Part shown: positions 48,401 through 60,570 of the stretch, piece after piece
Layout of the letters: every line of letters begins with the position of its first letter
How positions within the stretch are numbered: the stretch's first letter is position 1
DNA from: Macrostomum lignano
Lineage: Eukaryota
Assembly: GCA_002269645.1 (NCBI GenBank)
Contig: NIVC01000278.1
Coordinates: 310,001-374,000, forward strand
Reading direction: 5' to 3'
DNA: 64,000 nt
Notes under the pieces: model-generated
Told to the model about the DNA's origin: nothing
The model's input: only the letters and a program-made list of their open reading frames with translations
Databases searched by the model: none
Program-made: the position numbers and the translations under genes

Positions 48401-51400
48401 AATAATCCTGACCCGACCGGGATTCGAACCTCGGCTGCAGAGTTGTCAAACGGGTACACTATCCCCTAAGCCAAAAACGTCAGCCAATCAGCGATTGTTT
48501 CCAAGACAGGTAGACATCTTTTGCTATAAAAAGTACACATAATGTACACAAGACATCTGCCAGCCAATCAAATTGAGCCAGACAGGTACGTACGTACGTG
48601 CTCTGTACTCACCCTGGCACGTTGGCCTTGAAGGTGAAGCAGCCGTAGAGGAACACGATGATGCCAACAATGCTAGCTGGTAGGAGCCAGGCTGTGTACA
48701 GACCTGAAACATCGAAACCGTATTAAACGTACACATTTAGTACTTAGATTTTCTATTTGTTATTATAATCTATAGTATACTAGTATATCCGATTTCTTAC
48801 CAAGCCAGGCAAAGTACAGTCCGATCTTCTCTCCGTAGTACTCTCTAATGTGATCCAACGGCTGGTATTTGTACCACAGGCCCCATTTGGCCCAGTAGGC
48901 GTTTAGAATTTGGCGAGCGTTCAAGTCTTCGGGCTGGTAGTCCTTCGGAAGCTCGTAGGGACCCTTAGTTTTGATTTAATTTGAGTTATTTTAATTAGTT
49001 CAAGTTCTCTAATGAGTATTTATCATATGTCAGTCATAAAAGTGAGTGGACACTGGCAACAGGCCAGTACTCGTAGTGTTTCAACGAGTTTTTACTGGGA
49101 TCGAAAATCATCTGGCTGTTAACTCGAAATTTCGATCTCCTGGATCTCAGGGAGTGAGGTGGCTGTAGAAAGAGACAACAGCCAATAAGAAGAGGGCAGG
49201 GAGTGAGGTGGCGGTAGAGAGAGACAACAGCTAATAGGAAGAGGGCAGGGAGTGAGGTGGCGGTAGAGAGAGACAACAGCTAATAGGAAGAGGGCAGGGA
49301 GTGAGGTGGCGGTAGAGAGAGACAACAGCCAATAAGAAGAGGGCAGGGAGTGAGGTGAGGATACGACAACCAAGCCACAGACCTCGTGTAGCGGGAAGGC
49401 CCCAGAGTAGACCTCCTCCTCTAGCAGACGATCAATTCCGACTTCTGCCCTTTTTCTCTTCCCGTAGACCTGCGTGGCGAGAATCTCATAGGCCACTTGG
49501 TGCCGCTGGGTGGACGAAAAGTACGTGTCTTGATCGTCGCTGCCAAGGAACCTGAGTAATTAAAAGACGCATTGATTTTCCCATAAAAACGGACCTGACA
49601 CCTGCTCTCAGTAAAAATATTTTAAGAACTAAACTCACTTGCTGAGCTTGGACTTCCTGAATGGGCAGGTGTAATAATCCAGCGGCTGATTTGGCACCCG
49701 CTGCTCCATGACGTTCGGAATGTGCAGCGACTTCAGCACCTTGCCAGACCAGTTGTCCGCCGGGTGGCTGTGCGCCTAGCCAAGAGACAGATAAAAGTGT
49801 TGCTAATGACGACACAAGCCAACTATCGAAATATAATTGACTGGTTTCTAAGACAACAGACACAATAATATATTTAGTATCAAATGAACGGCAATCAAGA
49901 AGTGCGTGAAAATATGCAATGAAAAATAAGCTAACGCGCTGGTTCTGAATAAGATAGCTAGCGCCACAAAATCATCTGGAAATAAAACACTTCCAGTGAT
50001 TTACGATCACTCTATGAGTAGCTTCGGAATTCCTCTTTATTCCTTTAACTTTGGCATTTTCAATACCCTATGATTCTATAAAAAGTTTCAGAATTGCTCT
50101 CCATCAATGATTCTAAAATATCGCTTTGGAACTCCTCTCAATCGATGATTCTAAAAATAGCTTTAGAACTCCTCTTAATCGATGATTCTAAAAATAGCTT
50201 TAGAACTCCTCTCAATCGATGATTCTAAAAATAGCTTTAGAACTCCTCTCAATCGATGATTCTAAAAATAGCTTTAGTATTTCCCCGATCAATGATTCTA
50301 AAAATAGCCACGGTATTACCCCGATCAATAATTTTAAAAATAAGCTTTGGTATCCCCCTGATCAATGCTTCTAAAAATAGCCCTTCTCAATCGTTGATTC
50401 TAAAATAACATCCAATAACATCTAATAAAGTAAAACAATCATTTACGTCTGTAGCAATGCTACTTAATACGAGCTATTAATAGCTTATAATACATATTTC
50501 TAGATACAAAATTTCAATGGATATGTGAATTACTATAGAAGTAAAATGATATATACACAAAAATATAATTTGTTATTCTGCTAAGAGATTACAGTAAAAT
50601 CGATTTATTTAAATCCCGGAGGAGTTAAACAAACAATAATAGAAAAGGTTTTTAGTAAAGAGGGAAGAACTAAAAGGCACAAAATTCCATTACCATGCTA
50701 TTAGTAGCAGTTCTGTCGACAGCTGGTGAACTCACATCATTCAGAACCTTTGCAAATTTAAGATAAAAGAAGTGCATAAGAAAATCTGCTTTGGTTAAAT
50801 TGAGTTTATTTAAATAAGTTTATACCATCACCGGTTACCACAGCCAGCAATAAAAGCAACTTTTGCACCAATTCATGCACCAGTAGCAATACTCGATTTG
50901 CTTAATACGTAGTTATTACGATATTTTGAAATGATTAATTCACCTGATAAATAAATAAATTTGTATATTTCCTGTGCTAAGCTGTGACCTCGGTATCCTT
51001 TCCGTTTTCCTAATCTCTTCTTGTCCACCTCTTCTTTCTCTCGAACCTCCACTCTCCCTCCTCTCTGCCTCCTCTCACCCTCCTCTCACCCTCCTCTCTG
51101 CCTCCTCTCACCCTCCACTCTCCCTCCTCTCTGCCTCCTCTCACCCTCCTCTCACCCTCCTCTCTGCCTCCTCTCACCCTCCACTCACTCTCCATTCACC
51201 CTCCTATCTGCCTCCTCTCACCCTCCACTCACCCTCCTCTCTGCCTCCTTTCACCCTCCACTCTCCCTCCTCTCTGCCTCCTCTCACCCTCCTCTCACCC
51301 TCCACTCACCCTCCTCTCTGCCTCCTTTCACCCTCCATTCTCCCTCCTCTCTGCCTCCTCTCACCCTCCTCTCTGCCTCCTCTCACCCTCCTCTCACCCT

Positions 51401-54400
51401 CCACTCACTCTCCATTCACCCTCCTATCTGCCTCCTCTCACCCTCCACTCACCCTCCTCTCTGCCTCCTCTCACCCTCCACTCTCCCTCCTCTCTGCCTC
51501 CTCTCACCCTCCTCTCACCCTCCACTCACCCTCCTCTCTGCCTCCTTTCACCCTCCATTCTCCCTCCTCTCTGCCTCCTCTCACCCTCCTCTCTGCCTCC
51601 TTTCACCCTCCATTCTCCCTCCTCTCTGCCTTCTCTCACCCTCCTCTCTGCCTCCTTTCACCCTCCATTCTCCCTCCTCTCTGCCTCCTCTCACCCTCCT
51701 CTCTGCCTCCTCTCACCCTCCTCTCACCCTCCTCTCACCCTCCACTCACCCTCCTCTCTGCCTCCTCTCACCCTCCTCTCACCCTCAACTCACTCTCCAT
51801 TCACCCTCCTATCTGCCTCCTCTCACCCTCCTCTCTGCCTCCTCTCTGCCTCCTCTCACCCTCCTCTCTGCCTCCTCTCACCCTCCTCTCACCCTCCACT
51901 CACTCTCCATTCACCCTCCTATCTGCCTCCTCTCACCCTCCACTCACTCTCCATTCACCCTCCTATCTGCCTCCTCTAACCCTCCTCTCACCGTCCTCTC
52001 TGCCTCCTCTCTCCCCCCTCTCTGCCTCCTCCCTGCCTCCTCTCACCCTCCTCTCTGCCTCCTCTCTCCCTCCTCTCAACCTCCTCTTACCCTCCTCTCA
52101 CCCTCCTCTCACCCTCCTCTCACGCGCTTCTCACTCTTATCTCACCCTCCTCTCTGCCTCCTCTCACCCTCCTCTCACGCTCCTCGCACCCTCCTCTCTG
52201 CCTCCTTTCACCCTCCCCTCAGCCTTCTCTCTCTCCCTCCTCTCACCCTCTTATCGCTCTCTTCTCTCCCATCTTCCTGTACCCTTTTCCATTCCCCTTT
52301 CTCCTCTCGCACATCTCGCCCTTACATTACTTGTATTTTAATTCTCGAACAAAGAATCTCATTAAAGCCTCACCTGCAAAGGAGCCCTCAAGCACAGGTC
52401 CTCAGCATAGTAACACATCACGTCCCAGGGCACGAAAAGCTTGATAAAGTGAATCTTTTTCTTCTCGCTAGTGCTGGTCTCCTGCGGAAGCAGGTATTGG
52501 CCAGGTTCATTGAGAGTTCATGCACAGAAAAGTACTTATAAAAGTGAAGTAACTTCACTGCCTGCGGAGGAAAGACAGTCTTCAATGTCACTCAAATTCT
52601 ATCGAACTTTTGCCCTCACTACCGACTCAAGAGCTTCCGCCCTCCGTTAGGAAAAAACTTTGACAGCAGTTTTCTCAAATATCGATCGCAGAAACCTCTT
52701 GGCCTAAAAAACCTTTGCACTTAAACTTTAATCCATACGATCTGCTTGCAACCTTGACTTTTGTTTGCTTTTAATTATTTCAGCTTTCTACACAGGAAAG
52801 TTCTGGAGAGAGAAGCATAGATCTACTCAGAGGGGTCTGCTCACAACTATAGAGCTCAAGTGCTTTAAAAACCTGAAAACTGTTTGGATAAATAAGCCAG
52901 CCTCACCTCCTCCATCTGGACTCCGACTTTCCTCAGGTTGCCTTCAAACCTACGACGATAAACGGCCTTGCGCTGCTCCCAGGGGTCCTCGGGGTCATCG
53001 TCAGCTCGTTGCAGGTCCTCCTCCCACACGATCACAAAGTCTGCGCGAGGTTAAAGAGAGGACTGAAGAGAATTTGCTGCAATTTAGCAAATCAATTTTC
53101 TTTGACTATATAAGATAAACAAGTCTGGTCTCTGTGGTACAAACAGAAAGATAGTGCCACGGCCTCATTAAGATAATTGGTGCGACTTGTAAACTTTGGC
53201 AAAAAACAATATAGAAGCATTAGAGAATGGAAAAATTAGTTGAAAGTTGTATCCGGCCGTGTATTCCTCTAAACAAATATAACCCGAATATATCAACCAG
53301 GAACATGTGCTCAGGGGTCTGACTGCTGGCTGTTGTCACTTTGATTTGAGTGCAGTGGCCAAAGGTCTTTGCAAATATAAACATAGCCCCGAAACCACAA
53401 ACCTTAAACCATAAACCCTAAACTCTAATTTATAAACCCTGACCTCAAAGCCTAAAAATAAATCCTAAACGCTAAACCCTTAATAATGACGATAACCCTA
53501 ACCTTAAACCCTAAACCCTAACCTCTAAACCAGACACTAAAATCTTACTCTAAACCCTAAAACCTAACCACTAGACCAAAACACGAACCCCTAAACAATA
53601 AACCCTAAACCCTAACCCTAAACCCTAACCCATAAAAACCCTAAACGCTAAGCCCTAAACCCTAAACCCTAACCCAAAAAACTCAGAACCCTAAGCCCTA
53701 AACCCTAAACCCTAAGCCCTAAACCCTAAACCCTAAGCCCTAAACCCTAAACCCTAACCCATAAAACCCTAAACCCTAACCCATAAAACCCTAAACCCTA
53801 AGCCCTAAACAATAAACCCTAACCCATAAAAACCCTAAACGCTAAGCCCTAAACCCTAAACCCTAACCCAAAAAACTCAGAACCCTAAGCCCTAAACCCT
53901 AAACCCTAAGCCCTAAACCCTAAACCCTAACCCATAAAACCCTAAACCCTAACCCATAAAACCCTAAACCCTAAGCCCTAAACAATAAACCCTAACCCAT
54001 AAAAACCCTAAACGCTAAGCCCTAAACCCTAAACCCTAACCCAAAAAACTCAGAACCCTAAGCCCTAAACCCTAAACCCTAACCCATAAAACCCTAAACC
54101 CTAACCCATAAAACCCCAAACCCTAAGCCCTAAACAATAAACCCTAACCCATAAAACCCCAAACCCTAAGCCCTAAACAATAAACCCTAACCCATAAAAC
54201 CCCAAACCCTAAGCCCTAAACCCTAAACCCTAACCCATATAACCCTAAACCCTAACCCATAAAACCCCAAACCCTAAGCCCTAAACCCTAAACCCTAACC
54301 CATAAAACTCTAAACCCTAAGCCCTAAACCCTAAGCCCTAACCCAAAAAATCCTAAACCCTAAGCCCTAAACCCTAAACCCTAACCCATAAAACCCTAAA

Positions 54401-57400
54401 CCCTAAACCCTAACCCATAAAACCCAAAACCCTAAACCCTAAGCCATAAAAACCCTAAACCATAAGCCCTAAACAATAAACCCTAACCCATAAAACCCCA
54501 AACCCTAAGCCCTAAACCCTAAACCCTAACCCATATAACCCTAAACCCTAACCCATAAAACCCCAAACCCTAAGCCCTAAACCCTAAACCCTAACCCATA
54601 AAACTCTAAACCCTAAGCCCTAACCCATAAAACCCTAAACCCTAAACCCTAACCCATAAAACCCAAAACCCTAAACCCTAAGCCATAAAAACCCTAAACC
54701 CTAAGCCCTGAACCCTAAACCCTAACCCATAAAAAACCTAAACCCTAAGCCCTAAACCCTAAACCCTAACCCATAAAACCCTAAACCCTAACCCATAAAA
54801 CCCCAAACCCTAAGCCCTAAACCCTAAACCCTAACCCATAAAACCCTAAACCCTAAGCCCTAAACCCTAAGCCCTAACCCAAAAAATCCTAAACCCTAAG
54901 CCCTAAACCCTAAACCCTAACCCATAAAACCCTAAACCCTAAACCCTAACCCATAAAACCCTAAACCCTAAACCCTAACCCATAAAACCCTAAACCCTAA
55001 ACCCTAACCCATAAAACCCTAAACCCTAAACCCTAACCCATAAAACCCAAAACCCTAAGCCATAAAAAACCTAAACCCTAAGCCCTAAACCCTAAACCCT
55101 AACCCATAAAACCCTAAACCCTAACTCATAAAACCCTAAACCCTAACCCATAAAACCCTAAACCCTAACCCATAAAACCCTAAACCCTAAACCCTAACCC
55201 ATAAAACCCTAAACCCTAAACCCTAATCCATAAAACCCTAAACCCTAAACCCTAACCCATAAAACCCTAAACCCTAAACCCTAATCCATAAAACCCTAAA
55301 CCCTAAACCCTAACCCATAAAACCCTAAACCCTAAACCCTAAACCCTAACCCATAAAACCCTAAACCCTAACCCATAAAACCCTAAACCCAAACCCGGCA
55401 CTCACCAACTCGTCGAACACCGTCGGCAAAGTAGCAGCCGGACTCGAGCCGGCGCTGGGACCGAGACTGGGCCAGCAAGCCGAGGCCGCGATCTCCCACG
55501 CCGTCGTCGCAGGCCTCCGGCTCGTCTGGGCGGCTCTGAGATTTGAGCAGTGTTTCTTTAAAGAAACTGTTTTTAAGATTAATTGTGAAGAAAGTAGTTT
55601 CAGCAACAGGAAACAGAAAGCATAGAGAAATATAGCACTTATCAAATCTAATTTTAGATAAAGTCTCATGCTCCAATCTCATATAGTCTATCTATACCTA
55701 CAAAATCTGAATCTCAGAGTAGATTTACCTACAAATCTAATCTCATATAGTAGATCTATCTTACAGATCTAATCTCATATAGTAGATCTATCTTACAGAT
55801 CTAATCGCATATAGTAGATATACCTTACAGATCTAATCTCATATAGTAGATCTATCTTACAGATCTAATCGCATATAGTAGATCTATCTTACAGATCTAA
55901 TCGCATATAGTAGATATATCTTACAGATCTAATCTCATATAGTAAATCTATCTTACAGATCTAATCTCATTTAGTAGATCTATTTTACAGATCTAGTCTC
56001 ATATAGTAGATCTATCTTACAGATCTCATCTCATATAGTAGACCCACCTTACAGATCTCATCTCATATAGTAGACCCACCTTACAGATCTAGTCTCATAT
56101 AGTCTATCTATAATACAATCTATAATATACAAGATCTGAATCTCAGAGTAGATTTACCTACAAATCTAATCTCATATAGTAGATCTTACAGATCTAATCT
56201 CATTTAGTAGATCTATCTTACAGATCTCATCTCATATAGTAGACCCACCTTACAGATCTAATCTCATTTAGTAGATCTATTTTACAGATCTAATCTCATA
56301 TAGTCTATCTATAATACAATCTATAATATAAAAGATCTGAATCTCAGAGTAGTTTTACCTACAGATCTAATCTCATATAGTAGATCTATCTTACAGATCT
56401 AATCTCATATAGTAGATCTATCTTACATATCTAATATCATGTAGTAGATCTACCTTACAGATCCAATCTCAGAGTAGATAAACATACAGATCTACAGATC
56501 TAATCTCTTAGTAGATCCAATACTAACAAATCTAATCTTCTGGTATTATCTGAGATCTGGTCCTGATCTCAGGACTGGCAACTCTCTTGTTGCTGTGAAG
56601 AATGTTCCAAGTACACCTTGCATCAGTAACTAAGCATTGGTAAGCATACTGAAGTGCCACACTTTCAGCTCTAATGCAGGTAACTGCAAGTTTCAGGTAA
56701 TTTATGCTTGCATTTCCTCACCAACCTCCCCACAGCTTAACTCTCTAAGAAGTCTACTCAAGATACCAAAGTCTCAATCAAGCTTAACCATACGCTTGAG
56801 CCAGTGAATGGCGCCAACATACACGGATGTACTTTAAAAATCTTAATTCCCTTATACAGACCAGATCCAGCAACAGAGCTCAGATTTTAGTTACACGGAA
56901 CTTTGCTGAGTTGGATGGAATTGAAATCTTAGTGAACAAAGGACAAGTAGCTGGGTGTTATGAGTGACCAAAGTTAATTGTGGCGCCAATCTAGTGTGGC
57001 ACCAACTTGTAATGTGGCGCCACACTAGATATGTGTCTCAGTGGTGCCACATTAGATTTGTGTCTCAGTGGCGCCACATTAGATTTGTGTCTCAGTGGTG
57101 CTACATTAGGTTTGTGTCTCAGTGGCGCCACATTAGATTTGTGTCTCAGTGGTGCCACATTAGATTTTTTTGTGTCTCAGTGGCGCCACATTAGATTTGT
57201 GTCTCAGTGGCACCACATTAGATTTGTGTCTCAGTGGCGCCACATTAGATTTGTGTCTCAGTGGCGCCACATTAGATTTGTGTCTCAGTGGTGCTACATT
57301 AGATTTGTGTCTCAGTGGCGCCACATTAGATTTGTGTCTCAGTGGTGCCACATTAGATTTGTGTCTCAGTGGCGCCACATTAGATTTGTGTCTCAGTGGC

Positions 57401-57830
57401 GCCACATTAGATTTGTGTCTCAGTGGCGCCACATTAAATTTGTGTCTCAGTGGCGCCACATTAGATTTGTGTCTCAGTGGCGCCACATTAGATTTGTGTC
57501 TCAGTGGCGCCACATTAGATTTGTGTCTCAGTGGCGCCACATTAGATTTGTGTCTCAGTGGCGCCACATTAGATTTGTGTCTCAGTGGCGCCACATTAGA
57601 TTTGTGTCTCAGTGGCGCCACATTAGATTTGTGTCTCAATGGCTTCACATTAGAATTGTGTCTCAGTGGCGCCACATTAGATTTGTGTCTCTATGGCTCA
57701 GTAGTGAAAGAAAAACATTCAATCATTGAGTTACCTTAGTCGGCATCAGCTTGGCTCTATCGCTGCTGGAGCCGCCATTAATACTGCCGTATGTGTCCAT
57801 TGGCATGGACACCGAGCTGGTCTCTGACAT
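42422..57830 (-). CDS. ANO7: Anoctamin/TMEM16, most similar to ANO7 as I recall its sequence; 16 exons, about 880 aa
   Basis: Exons 57830-57735, 55535-55406, 53040-52907, 52481-52374, 49775-49639, 49551-49383, 48963-48801, 48703-48613, 47699-47533, 47414-47194, 46166-45971, 45599-45488, 45403-45251, 44492-44150, 43726-43502 and 42619-42422. All junctions are GT-AG with consistent phase (2643 nt). Motifs include [61 protein letters not shown] and NNWLEIRLD, so the Ca2+-site acidic residues are retained. The family call is firm; the paralog name is tentative. Confidence 0.92.
42690..43440. repeat. 29-bp minisatellite (AGAGTAGTGGCGGCACATCAAAGGATTCT), ANO intron 15
   Basis: Tandem copies. Confidence 0.94.
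43820..44140. repeat. About 30-bp degenerate minisatellite (AATCTAAAATCCGCCCCATTTTCCGCCCCT), ANO intron 14
   Basis: Degenerate tandem copies. Confidence 0.85.
44620..45190. repeat. CT-rich polypyrimidine array, ANO intron 13
   Basis: CCCTCTCT/CCCTTAC tandem units. Confidence 0.93.
45625..45860. repeat. 37-bp minisatellite family B, ANO intron 11
   Basis: Core TGATTCTAAAAATAGCT, period 37. Confidence 0.9.
46278..46545. repeat. 14-bp near-perfect minisatellite (GGGAGAATCCCTTC), ANO intron 10
   Basis: Tandem copies. Confidence 0.96.
46680..47130. repeat. 14-bp degenerate minisatellite (AGAGAATCGCTCAT), ANO intron 10
   Basis: Tandem copies. Confidence 0.9.
47712..47985 (+). repeat. Short telomere-like tract (TTAGGG/TTTAGG variants), ANO intron 8
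   Basis: GGTTAGGGTTTA units on the + strand. Confidence 0.88.
48120..48476 (-). mobile_element. tRNA-derived SINE-like element or tRNA pseudogene in anoctamin intron 8
   Basis: The minus strand reads TGGCTTAGGGGATAG (A-box-like)...CCGAGGTTCGAATCCCGG (perfect B box in a T-arm) at 48476-48407. The acceptor and anticodon stems are imperfect. The 3' extent is a guess. Confidence 0.45.
49145..49365. repeat. 49-bp tandem repeat, about 4.5 copies, ANO intron 6
   Basis: Unit GGGAGTGAGGTGGCGGTAGAGAGAGACAACAGCTAATAGGAAGAGGGCA. Confidence 0.92.
50060..50410. repeat. 37-bp minisatellite family B, ANO intron 4
   Basis: Unit GATGATTCTAAAAATAGCTTTAGAACTCCTCTCAATC. Confidence 0.9.
51030..52250. repeat. 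11/22-bp polypyrimidine array (CTCTCACCCTC CTCTCTGCCTC), ANO intron 4
   Basis: Tandem copies. Confidence 0.96.
53395..55395 (-). repeat. About 2-kb interstitial telomere-like array (TTAGGG, TTTAGGG, CTTAGGG, TTTTATGGG on the - strand), ANO intron 2
   Basis: The + strand shows CCCTAA/CCCTAAA/CCCTAAG/CCCATAAAA units with higher-order blocks. Confidence 0.95.
55675..56520. repeat. 32-bp minisatellite (AGATCTAATCTCATATAGTAGATCTATCTTAC), ANO intron 1
   Basis: Tandem copies. Confidence 0.94.
57010..57695. repeat. 27-bp minisatellite (GTGTCTCAGTGGCGCCACATTAGATTT), ANO intron 1
   Basis: Near-perfect tandem copies. Confidence 0.96.
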
Positions 57831-58729
57831 GCTTTCAATTCTATCAAATCCGACTCTCAAATGAACAAAATAAATTCGATCAGAGCTCTCGGTGGTTTCT
57901 TACTTTCACTTTTTATTCTATACGAGTATGAAAGTGAGTGAGTTCCAGTGCTGGAATGAGCTGTCTGAGTCTATACTCACTCACACACTTTGTTACATAT
58001 GCATTTTTATCCCAATCTGTATGGGAAAACACAACGGACGCAGGAGGGAGCAGGATTGGTGCAGAGTTCTGTGTATTGCTCAGCTGTTCCGCTTTCCCAG
58101 CAACCCCATGCCAGCCATGCAGTTGGGAAAGATTTCAAATACGCTTCGAAAAGCTATGTGCAGTACAGTTCTTCCCAGAGCCAGAAACTATTTCCCGCCA
58201 CCAACAAAAATTATAGAAAACTAAACTTTTTTTGCTGGTCCCGGAGTCCGGAAGCAGCAATAATATCGATTTTTATTGGGGAGTTTTGTGTTTGACAGAA
58301 GTCGCACACATCAATCATTGTTAACTAAAATTAATACGGAGCGTTCTGTATCAGTTTTGAAGCGACCATACAATTCCTTTCAACACAGAGCAGCAATCAG
58401 GATTTGAGCATAAGCCACTGCATAAGCCCAGGCGTTGGATCAATAAATTGGAAATTCTTCCAAAAAATTCCTACCCTCAATCTGTCTGACTGCAATTTCA
58501 GCGGTAGCTCCTGTGCAGTGCGCGGTGTGACACACGTGTGCCGGGACATGAAAGCCCCCATGCAGTGCTGTGGCTCATGGCTATGGAGCAGAATGTAGAG
58601 ATTTTCTATCCAGAGAAATACCGCAATGCAAATCTCGATCCGTTTCCCTTAGCCTTTACTTGCGTTCCGCCTAGAATTGTACTTTTTATCTTAGTCCACT
58701 AACCTGAATTATGGCTCTATAGAACACTT

Positions 58730-59135
58730 GAGTTGCTGCGCCCCATCTGACATGCTGACACTCGAGTTGGCGCGCCCCATCTGACATACTGACACTGGAG
58801 TTGCCGCGCCCAATCTGACATACTGACACTGGAGTTGGCGCCTAATCTGACCTGCTGACACTCGAGTTGGCGCCCAATCTGACATACTGACACTGGAGTT
58901 GGCGCCCCATCTGACCTGCTGACACTCGAGTAGGCGCCCCATCTGACATGTTGACACTTGACACTAGAGTTGGCGCCCCATCTGACCTACTGACAACGCA
59001 GTTGGCGCCCTATCTGACCTACTGACAACTCAGTTGGCGCCTTATCTGACATACTGAAATCAGAGAGTTGGCGCTCCATCCGACATGTTGACATCAGAGT
59101 TGGCGCCCCATCTGACCCGCTGACACCCAATTTGG
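58730..59135. repeat. About 31-bp degenerate minisatellite (GAGTTGGCGCCCCATCTGACATACTGACACT)
   Basis: Tandem copies. Confidence 0.88.
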
Positions 59136-60169
59136 CGCTAACGCCTAAGAAGCATGAAGTTATAATTCAACATTGTCAACTTACCTGCCAAATTGAGTCC
59201 ATAGGTGCAACTCGTTAACTAAGGTTTCGAGTCGCTAACACGCCCGCTTACAAAGCATCTCAGCTTAGTTACCGCATAACTGTGCATCTTTGCGCGCGGG
59301 AACTCAAAACCTACAAGCACAGACAGCTCACGCTGTGGTGCTCATAAACAGTAGCCAACTGATAAAGCGTGCCAATTTGTCCGGGTCGGACTCGACTGTC
59401 TTCCTGTCTGCGCCTGGGCGAAAGACGATTAAAATAAGGATGCATGCATAAATAAGCAGGGAATGCTAGGGGATGGGGAGATGGAAAGAGGAGCTGGGGG
59501 GGGGGAGAGATTCGGAATCAAGGAGAGTGAGAACAGCACAGCATCCAATAGCGTTCGCTGCTCATTAACAGGTCCAGTTCTTTGCTTCTTTACTCCGGCC
59601 TCAGCCACTCTCTGCACTTCTTCAACTTTCTCTCTACACCCCATCCCCCACCCCTAGGGGGGGGGAGCGGCTCCGCTAGTCCAGTATACTAAATATGTCT
59701 ATAAACTCTCTTATATGGTAGCCGTTGTGTTCAGTATGCTGGCGCCATTACTGTACAGAGTTTCGGCTCGTATGATGAGAAGTCCTCTCTTTATCGTTAA
59801 GTGCTAGTTTTACAATCATACTTGTTCGATTAGTTGCTACATATACTTCATTATTCAATTTGGCCTATCCTTGTTGTCCATCCGTTCAGATCCATCCATG
59901 CACAATCGCAAGCAGAAATGAACAAAAGCAGAAGAAGCAGATTGAATTTCCATGTATTTGTCACGTGTAAACAGACTAAACTAAACGATATTGCTGCTGG
60001 ATTAGGGCTTTCGTCGGATCTTTATGTGAAACCATGTGCATCATCTAAACCTCAATTTTCTAGGAGGTCAACTATAGGTGGGGCAGCTCAAAAGTAACGC
60101 TTAAAGTAAAGTAGCTCTTGAACCTAAGGTGGCCTGGGTTTGATTCCGTGCGTGCATGGTAACTAGCTA

Positions 60170-60456
60170 AATAATACTAACTAACTGACTAACTAACTAA
60201 ATGGCAAACTATCTGATAACGAACTAACTAGCTAGCTAACGAACTAACTAGCTAGCTAACTAACTAACTAGCCAACTAACTAACTAACTAACTAACTAAT
60301 AAACTAACTAACTAACTAACTAACTAGCCAACTAACTAACTAACTAACTAATAAACTAACTAACTAACTAACTAACTAGCCAACTAACTAACTAACTAAC
60401 TAATAAACTAACTAACTAACTAACTAACTAGCCAACTAACTAACTAACTAACTAAT

Positions 60457-60495
<39 letters not shown>

Positions 60496-60570
60496 TAAAC
60501 TAACTAACTAACTAGCCAACTAACTAACTAACTAACTAATAAACTAACTAACTGACTGACTAACTTACTC
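60170..60570. repeat. (CTAA)n microsatellite with about 52-bp higher-order period
   Basis: GCC interruptions at 60271, 60327, 60379 and 60431. Confidence 0.93.

Noticed and set aside
53395-55395. A true chromosome end
   Set aside because: The tract is internal, flanked by consecutive in-phase exons of one gene, and is degenerate.
24862-55395. Rule that intronic arrays are always G-rich on the sense strand
   Set aside because: It holds for DNPEP intron 1 and ANO introns 2, 4 and 13, but is contradicted by the HTH intron and ANO intron 8; too few cases to claim.
8860-57695. Regular 27-44-bp repeats resembling CRISPR arrays
   Set aside because: The units are head-to-tail with no unique spacers, there are no cas genes, and the context is eukaryotic and spliced.
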